64,000 nt of DNA from Styela clava (Eukaryota). A program made the position numbers and the translations under genes. The first letter of the stretch is position 1; every line of letters starts with the position of its first letter. Positions 55,001 to 64,000 of this stretch are shown here, in pieces. The notes under the pieces are model-generated. The model worked only from the letters and a program-made list of their open reading frames with translations. It was not told where the DNA came from and made no database searches. Where the stretch lies: positions 16,120,001 to 16,184,000 of the forward strand of contig NC_135252.1 in assembly GCF_964204865.1 (NCBI RefSeq), given 5' to 3'.

Positions 55001-57579
55001 TAAATTAACTCAACAAAGATGATAAATGTTAGCATTTATTGTTGTCAAAATTGAGATGAACAATGTTGAGCCAAGAAGAAAAAAAAAACAAGAATATCTT
55101 TCAGAGACCGAAGACTTATCGATCGAAAGTTAGGGGACAGCGCTCATATTCCATAGTGACACCTTGTGTCCCATCACTAATTAATTGATAACTCGCTAAT
55201 TATACGACATAATTCGCCCAAAATCAATAGGCTTCTGGTTCGAGATATGATGAATGCACATGCAAACAAAATCTGCAACAGACGGACAGACAGACAGACA
55301 AATACCTATCAACGTACTTACCGATTAAAATCGATAAGTAATAACACTCAGCACTCGATATCTCACAACTGGCATATTGTAACCTCCCCGCTTTAATTCG
55401 ATTTTATCTAAAAGTTTGGCGCTCCGGAAGTATGTCCACCGAGATGGCGCACAACCTGAACCCTAACCTGGTACACATACTATGTTCAGGTTGTGAATCC
55501 TAACCTGGTACACATACTATGTTCAGGTTGTGCGTCATCTTGGTGCACATACTTCAGGAGCACCAAACGATCTCCTCCTTGCGCGTTTGGTACGTCATTT
55601 TCCTCCAGATCACTTCACACTAATTTACGAAGCTTGCTTTATTTGCGTGCAAATCTCGAACAGACGAAAAATTCAGATAAATTCTTGGTGGTAACCGGAC
55701 GACATACCGTGGTCCGCCGTATGATTAAGCAATAATAAGAAGGGAATAAATCCACACGTGAGGTGAATTAAATACCTCAATGTAGTTCATCATATCAGCC
55801 GATAAGAAATATTTTAGAGAGCTTGAAATATCCATAAGATTCGGTATTAATCATGAAATTCACCAATAAAACACAAAAGATTAAATAGCTCATTTTTTTA
55901 TTTTGTCTCTCTCATGCAGGACGTGTATTGCAGTGAGCATGGAAATAGTTTTATTTTTAATATATAAATAAATACTGGTCAGTGCAATGAGTATTTTTTC
56001 ACAGGTTATCTGAGTATTTAATATATATATGATCTGAGTTCGTAAACCATTATTACGCTTCTCAGCATGTACAATATAATTGTATGCAAATCGGTTTCGC
56101 CTTTTAGATAAAATAAAAATGCGACCATATGGATTTATTATTAAGTGATGTGCGTCAGCGTTATATGATTTCTGTTTCGAGCTAAATGTAAAAATATAAC
56201 AAGTAGTCATGAACACGTGGAATTCATTCATTTTCTTTATTGCTGAAAGATTTTAAGGATACTTATTGTAGGATTGTGTAGTGCGTATTTGATAGCAATT
56301 CTCTGAATAAATATATACTATGTCATTTTTTTTACACTCATAAGAAATTTTTGCATTTCAATTTTCTCCTCTTTTAACCTTTTTCAACTCATTTAATTCT
56401 CTCTTTTCTTCCGTCTGACCTTTCACGATTTGGAGAACAATTGTGTGCGCATCAAACGATCTCTTCAAAGCAGCTCGTAATATTCTGCTAATCTGAACTG
56501 GCTCGGTTTATTCTTCATTCTCTTGATTGATCAAATATAGATATCATCCGACCTTTCCTAAAAAATGAATGTACATAAATGCATCAAAATTAGTAAGTTA
56601 ACTCAACAAAGATGATAATTGTTAGTATTTATTGTTGTCAAAATTGAGATGAACAATGTTGAGCCAAAAAGGAAGAAATACAAATTGTACCTTAGAGTTA
56701 CAATCCCTACCTATATCAAATATGCTGAACAGATGTATAAAAAATCACCATCTTTCCAGAGTTCGATAATTTCAAATTTTCATTTATAAAATATATGCAG
56801 AATTGTGGAATAGAGGGGTCTATAGCGTTTGATATATTAAAATTGTTCAAACTTCCTTTAAATTTTTGGTAACCTTTTAAACGTTGTTAGACAATATTAA
56901 GTCACGAAACAATTGAAAAATATTAGTTTCATACTCCTATGACGCAGCATGTATGACGCAGGCCAGGAAAATAGCATTCTCACCCTCAAAAGGGAACTTG
57001 TTGATAGACCTATGCCAGTTTTCATAGCTTATCTAACTATATATCAAAGTCTCAAACATGATTTCTTTCGCCGATTTCTATCATATCCGCTACAAAAAGT
57101 GTGAAAACAATTGGGACATGCTTGTATGAAGTTTCGTTTCGTTATTTGTTTCTTAAAAATAACATGCCGAGCAAACATATGTATATATGTTGCCTCATGT
57201 GCGTCAGCGTTATATCCTTTCTGTTTCGAGACATTGAATAAATTTTGAATATAACAAAGCAATCATAAACATATGGACACTAATTTATGATAATAAGTAA
57301 CGAAAATGCGAAAAATAAACGGAATTTCATACCTAATTTAATGAGAAAAAGTTATCAAAGCAATTTCAAATAAACATTTTCTCTCTCGATTCATTATAGG
57401 TACCATAAAAAACATCCATATAAGCGACTCCTCAAGGAGCATTTGAGAACTTGAAATTTAATAAACTTTAATTATGATCAATTTGCTCCACAATATCCAA
57501 TCCTTCAGCTCCACTGCTTGGAAACTTGGCCAATTTCAATTTGCATAAAAATGGTTTGCCTCAATATACGTGATACAAT

Positions 57580-57714
57580 ATACGCAACGTGATAAACTAC
57601 ACGACTTATCAATTTAATAAAAATAATAACCGATGATTCGATATAAAGAGCGTTCGCCCAGAAGTTGATTCACAACAAACTAGTTTGATGATCTGAGAAA
57701 CCAGATTACTCAAG
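57580..57714 (+). promoter_or_regulatory. Core promoter and exon 1 of AMP paralogue B
   Basis: GATA motifs (TGATAA, CTTATC) lie just upstream of TATAAA 57642..57647. Perfect donor AAG|GTAAGT at 57714/57715. Intron 57715..58072 ends in TTTTCAG directly before the ATG. Confidence 0.62.
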
Positions 57715-58072
57715 GTAAGTGATCTGAATATTTTCACGACATCTTCACTGGACGGCTTCGACGTCAAAAATTGTAGTTTTCACTCAAATGTATTGCTGTG
57801 ATTTTGGGAAAGGATATATATAGGATACTTGTATACAAAGCATATTTGTGTATGAAAAGTATGCATAACATGAAACATTAACGAAAGAGTATAATAGGTC
57901 AATATCGTACGTCTTAGCTTAACTAATATTCTAAATTATTCTGTTGTAACACAGGAGCACTTCAAGGTTTAAAGATAAAAAAAAATACCAATTACCGACA
58001 TTTTGAAAAATAGTTTGCGGTTGAAGAAAAAGTATCGTTCGTTACTTGTATTTTATAATTTTTTGTTTTCAG

Positions 58073-59699
58073 ATGAATTTCAAATTTCTTGCCTTACTGC
58101 TTCTTATTGCCCTGTTGACAATCGATAGTGGCGATGCTTGGGGACGTCGTAGAAGAAGAGGTAGAAGAGGAGGTTGGTTCCGCAGAGTAGTCCGGGGGGT
58201 GGGAGGATTTGTTAAAAAAGGGATCAAGTTTTACAAAAGACACAAGTAAGATTGTTAAACATAAGTTTTACTGCATGAGTAAATTATAAGTTGGGTATAT
58301 ATATAATTTGCTTATTCTGATATTCATTTCTGATTTATAGATTATAGTGGCTTTACTGACAAAATCACACGAATTATTGGAGACGAAGTGGACATAACGA
58401 TCGTTTCAAAATTTTGTTGTTATTGTTATTGTTATTTGTCTCCGTCTCCATTTTTAAAAAATCGCTTTTCTCTTCGAATACTGGACCAATTGATTTGAAT
58501 TGATTTTCAGTGGCTAAAGATAAAACTTTTCTCCAGAAAGCTATTACTTTTTTTTCGCTATGACGTCATCAAAATTATTGCCATTGAGTGGCGCTACGTG
58601 CCCATATATTTGAGCATAGCTCTCTTGTATTATAAAATGAAGACAGATTTATTCTGTTATTTGAATGGTTCTACTAGATATATATTCATTATGTTAACTG
58701 GACAACGTTATTTGCTCACTTTATTAAACAGTCATAAATATATAAGAATAAATGGTTTTATTTTGTCACATGCAACCACAACAACACAGCGCTTAACACA
58801 ACATTTCTTCTTGTTTTATTTAAACTTTGTTTAAAAAGTGAAAACACCCCGTGAAATAACCTTATCAAGCAGTAAAACTAGAAAAAACATTTTTTTTTGT
58901 GAGTTTTAGTGGTTTTCCAGGAAAAACCTTTTGTGTTATTTTCAAACGTAACTGTGACGTTTTTGTTTACGTGCACAGGTCTGTTATTCATAAAGTAGGA
59001 GGCGCCATTTTTAAAATGTTTGGAGACAATGAAGCTTTGGAAAATTTGGCAACTTTGAAAAATCAGGTATATTGAGTATAATCGAAGAGATGTTGTAATT
59101 GATTTGAGTGTCTTTTTGTATTTATTTAAATATAGTTACCTTAATTTTAAGGATCTCGAATCGTATGGAGATTTCATGGACAACCTAAAATCTGCTTTGG
59201 AAGAAAATTATCCCGATCAAGACAGTGAAGATATAATGCAAATGATAGACGATGTTGCTGATATGAAGAAAGGCAAGTTATTTAAGGTTTTTGTGATATC
59301 ATTCACATTTATCCTATCTTAATGTCAACAAGCCCTGCAAAAGGGAATTCTATCAAGAATAAATAATATTTAATCCTACCCTCGAAATAATTCCAAAAAT
59401 TATCATTAAATTGGCCCAACGAAACGCCCCGCAAAAAAGGTGATTTTATTTATATATACGAAAGGATAACAATTAACAAGAATTTTGACCGCAGGCAAAG
59501 TAGTAGCACTTACAACATTTTTTTAATACCTAATGAGTAAATCAACTATACAACCGAATGTTAATTATATTCCTTAATATCAGACGAACGCGCCGAATTC
59601 ATGTCGATGATAAAAGAGGAGATGGAGAATGTTGAGCATGATCCTTTGTCAGATCAAGTCAAGGAAGAACTGTCGATGAGAATTGCCAATCTTGAATAA
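58073..59699 (+). CDS. Styelin-related AMP precursor, divergent paralogue B (165 aa, intact)
   Basis: join(58073..58245,58979..59066,59152..59272,59584..59699). Exon lengths are 173/88/121/116 versus 173/94/121/116 in A1, with identical phases. The last intron is GC-AG (AAG|GCAAGT). Translation: MNFKFLALLLLIALLTIDSGDA|WGRRRRRGRRGGWFRRVVRGVGGFVKKGIKFYKRHKSVIHKVGGAIFKMFG|DNEALENLATLKNQDLESYGDFMDNLKSALEENYPDQDSEDIMQMIDDVADMKKDERAEFMSMIKEEMENVEHDPLSDQVKEELSMRIANLE*. AATAAA at 59720..59725. Confidence 0.88.
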
Positions 59700-60083
59700 T
59701 GCTATGGATCTGAATTTCAAATAAATATATGATTATCGTCATGTTTAGTTTTACGTGAATTAGTACACACTGACCACCAAAACTATTAGGCCCATAACGA
59801 TTCAACCATAATTTTATTGAAATAAAAAAAATAATGTGAAATAATCCTTTTTTTGTCGCAATTATATTTTTATGGGGCTGTTAAAGGCTGGCTGGCAGAG
59901 TCGCAATCGAAATGCAATGCGTACATTATGAAAAAAGGGACAAAATGTACTTATCCATATTTCAATGTAATTCTATTCAAATTATACTGAGTGGTCCTGT
60001 AGTTCAAGCGAATGCATCAAAATCGGTGCAACATATTGCTCTATTCCGTGGATGATGGTCGACCTACATCAGAAGTTCTAAAT

Positions 60084-60682
60084 CAGGGGTGGGCAACCTT
60101 TTTCGGCTCGCGTGCCAAAATCGGCTAAATTTAACGACAAAATTGTTCCGCGTGCCAACCAAAGTTAAAAACAATGCTTTGCCACTTTCAAAGCAGAGAT
60201 ACACAAGAACTCACCTTTCAAACATGTACAGACAGATTCACTAATCGGAAAAATATCAGTCCGGCAAATAGATTTGATTACTTTTCTTATTCTATATCAG
60301 TGAGACTTCTGCTGCTGCATTACCGCTGATAGAGATTTTAGATTGAGTTTATATTTTATAACTTACAAAGAAATACACAAACTACTGGTTTCATCTTTCA
60401 GGCTACTCTTATTACGAGACTCAATAAAGTAAGGCAGTTGCAAAGTCATAATGTATTTTTTTTGTAGCCAAACGTCATGAAAGGACAAAAAAAGTTTAAA
60501 CAAATAACGGATTGTTAACAAAATCATAATGAATAAACGAACATCGGGTCTCATCAGATATTTCAGTCTTGAAACCTTTTATCGGAAGGAGAATGATTTC
60601 ATTTCCGAGGCCTCGCTCGCCTGCCGGATAAATGGACTCGCGTGCCAAGTTTGGCACGCGTGCCAGGGGTTGCCCACCCCTG
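60084..60682. mobile_element. hAT MITE
   Basis: Perfect TIR CAGGGGTGGGCAACC / GGTTGCCCACCCCTG with subterminal CGCGTGCCA repeats. The flanks do not form a matching TSD. Confidence 0.72.
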
Positions 60683-63600
60683 CTATATGACTTGCAAGTA
60701 TTGTGGAAATTTGACCTAACGCCCTTGTGCAATTCCTTTGAATTTGCGGATCACCTTGTTGTTTGAATCCTTGTGTGTAGTACGAGTACCCACAATTCGT
60801 TTTTGAGAACGAACCCTTAAATTATTTAAAAAAATCAGATAGCACGTATTTGTTGCAAGTTTTACCTCTGCGCCCTTGCGTATCGTGTTATTGACATACA
60901 ATTTACTGCGTCTCTGTTCAATCATAAATATACTCCATTGCAAGAAATATGCAATGAGTGACATAATTCAGATTCATTGAAATATTTTAAATAAAAAGAT
61001 ATCGAACTAATTATTCAATTTTGATCGAGCTAGTTTGATCATCTATTTTTAGTTCAAATTTTTTCGAAAGATGCGTCTCGCGGTTTGAACAGTTTAAATT
61101 TTAATGCTGGTGCCTCTTTAAGTTTAACTTCCGTTTTAATACTTACTGACCTATGCTTCTTCCCGTTCCAAGAGGTCAGTTTAAGTTATCAGAATTTCCC
61201 CAAAACCTGAGAATGGGACATGGAAAGTTTGGTCTTGCTGAGAGGAGGACGCTTGCTATTAATAGTGACCTATCAATGTATCAAGATATGCCAGTAAAAA
61301 AATATTTCACTTCGGTCTTTACCTCCCGTTGATGAGCATTCAATTAATTTTCAAACTCGAGAGCGCTCAAAGACTAGGTGGTCGAACGTTTCCTATAGAA
61401 ACCATATGGCTTAGAAGTAAAAGTAAATCGATAGAACATTTTCAATACACTACTGGCAGTAATATTAACTGGACAGAAAGCAACCTGACACAATAACTTT
61501 TGCAATTACCCTAAGTTGGTATCATAATTCCATTTAATGAACATTCATACACTTTCCATTGCATAATAGGTTTGAGGTTGAGCTTCAAATAAATACACGG
61601 TAGTGAAGACGACCACGCAATAATAAATGGGAGTAGGCTATTTTACTTTCCGCGCAATAGTCAATAGAAAAATGTCTGGTTGGATTTTCATCAGAAACGG
61701 CAAGTTGAGTCGCGAAACAAATCGAAATTTATATATATGAGTGTAGACTGCAGACGGAACTCTTGTTATAAAGTGTAGCATAATTAACTGCGTATTATCT
61801 CTACTTGGGACGGACCGGTAATTTAATAAACGCCGTCTTTTCTATGCAAATTGACGTTGATAAAAAATTGAAGTGCTGGAACTAAATTGCTAATAGGCCG
61901 ACTAGTATCTTCTCAGCGGGATCAGGGACTCTCCACCAATCCTATAGTCTATCGTACATATGCCAATATCTTCTAGTTTAAAATAAAATTGAATGCGGTA
62001 GATTTTCCAACTGTAATACTGCAAAGGTGCTTCTGACATTTCCTGACGCGAGAACCCACAACTTAGTTTGCTCTCTGTTCTGCCTGAAGCCTAATGAAAT
62101 ACAAAACTTTGTATAGATGCTCGTTTGAAAGGTAGAAAACAGGCCATTCTGCTCACAGTAGTGCTAATAGTGGAACGGACGCACTGCCCCCTGGTAGTTC
62201 ATTGCACATACAAATCTTTGCAACTACCCTAATGCAAATACCAAATTCTCTACTGCCGAGCCTGTGGTGCCGTCATGCCGACCACCATGTAGGCACATCC
62301 ATGGCTTTGAGTTCATTAGGATAGAAACATGCGTTCCTAATAGGTTGTAGATAGTTGGTGGATTGAAAAAGTTTGCTACGGCGTACGTCCAATGGTCAAA
62401 TAATTCGAGCATATATTTAATTGCAGCTGTCAACCAGCTAATAACAACAAAAACTTAACAAGAATCCTGTCTTTCATTCTAAATATACATCAATATATTA
62501 TACCTGTAATGAATGAGAAATCGAGTGCCCTGATAAGGGGCTTTATTCAACTTAAATCTAAAGCACATTCGGAATCTAAAGTGAAATCCATATGTAAGTA
62601 AATGTTACTAAATAAGAAAAACAAATACATAGCGAATTGCTGACGCTATTAGTAAGCGGGTCAATAGTAAAATGAGTATGTTGAATGAAGTAACTACGGC
62701 ACAGCAATTATTGTCATTTGGTAAACGCGCTATAGCAATCATCGTTGGGCTGCCAATGTATAAACGAGAATATCGGTTGGAAACCGAAGACTTATCGATC
62801 GATAATTAGGGGATCCCCCCAAACAGAAACTGCAGTCTCGATTCATCCGCTCTTGTAACTTGCGCACTGCGCATCGCACACACACATTCGGCGGGTCTCA
62901 AAATTCTCTCGCTTTACAAAAATCTAGATCACTATATCAATAATTGATTGATAACTCGCTAATTATACGACATAATTCGCGCTTCCGGTCCGAGATAAGA
63001 TGAATGCACATGCAAAATCTGGAGCAGATTCAATCTCGCTTTTGTGAGATATGGCGTGCATCTAACAGACATACAGACATACAGTTACATTGATTTGCAT
63101 TCACAAGTTATTATAATACCTGAATCACATGCTTCATGTACAGAAACCAAATTTCTATAACGGATTGTGTATGTATGAAAGAACATTTTTATTTTAATCA
63201 ATAGTATTGAATTTTTGAGTTCAATAAAAAAATTAATGAAAAAATGATTAACAGTTTTTTCCGTCGCTCAAGTTATTCATCATATGCAAACTACGTTTGA
63301 GGTACATTTCACACGGTCCAGTCCTACACACTTTTTATCTCTTCTTTGTGCAAGAAATAAAGAATGCTGAGAACTTCTGCCATAAAAATATGATTGTTAA
63401 AATAGTTACATAAATTGTGTCTGAATTTCATCTTTTATATTTGTTTGAATTTTCAAAGTTCAACGTTATTCCATGTTTCTATTTTGATCTGATTATTTCT
63501 ATTTGTACGGTAATCGAACACCCTGAATATCGATTCTATTCTCACTTTAGAATTTGCTGACGTGTATAATGTTGTTGCGTTGCTTTAGGAAGTGAAATAT

Positions 63601-64000
63601 TGTTTATGTGATAAAAAAAATAAATTTACTACTTTACAGTTGCAAGAATATTTTAACTACCCAATAATTCTGATCAATCAATGTTCCTAAAATTTTAGGC
63701 GAACTTCATTAGCATTCAACTATCTAACATGTTTATCATTCGCATTTTCGCAGCACTAATTTCGCATTGTTATGTCAATATTTCTAATTTGACGTCCTAT
63801 TCAACCTCCGTATAAATTTTTCTTCCTATATTCATATGTTTACAGATCAGTAATCGGAATTTCTACAATATTCTGAGTATGAAAAATTTGGTGGAGCTGT
63901 TAGGACCGTGAAGTCTGAGCGACTTAAACAAACTTTATCATGGTGTATATTTAACCATTCAACATTCGTTACACGACGGTCTTGACTTGCTTTTCATGCA

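Larger units (their letters stand above)
39464..55440. repeat. Segmental duplicate of 13909..~27200 (offset 25555 at its start), interrupted by the 49207..52045 insertion
   Basis: ATGGTTTCATTAA...AGTTTACTGAAAATAGTCATA begins at both 13909 and 39464. Long stretches are near-identical, and the ORF track repeats (e.g. 14117/39672, 16685/42238, 21646/47139). Confidence 0.92.

Noticed and set aside
62030-62433. Slightly GC-richer stretch with a 69-aa minus-strand ORF
   Set aside because: No consistent frame, splice structure or recognisable motif.

Overview
AT-rich, intron-containing eukaryotic DNA, most likely from an ascidian (Styela-like). The organism call is inferred from styelin-like peptides and the compact gene layout. 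Most six-frame ORFs are spurious or are single exons, so I spliced the genes by hand. (1) The main feature is a tandem + strand cluster of four 5-exon genes (ATGs at 22285, 32866, 47778 and 58073) encoding 160-167-aa secreted precursors. Each has a 22-aa signal peptide, a ~50-aa region rich in Lys/Arg with no acidic residues (WG-poly-Arg leader followed by a styelin-like amphipathic helix) and a ~90-95-aa acidic C-terminal prodomain. They look like a longer, apparently undescribed relative of the styelin antimicrobial peptides. The cluster shows replacement-biased divergence in the cationic region, a shared +10-nt frameshift in two copies, a mosaic (converted) copy and an orphan promoter with exon 1. 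(2) Two minus-strand genes lie left of the cluster: a Cys-rich GNAT acetyltransferase and an MTRES1 (C6orf203) homologue only ~220 bp downstream of it, in an operon-like arrangement. (3) The cluster was built by nested segmental duplications (~11 kb and ~25.5 kb offsets). (4) Many non-autonomous DNA transposons are present: hAT elements with 8-bp TSDs, palindromic MITEs, DINE-1/Helentron-like elements and a 2.8-kb foldback element with a 7-bp TSD. I recognised no RNA genes or CRISPR arrays.
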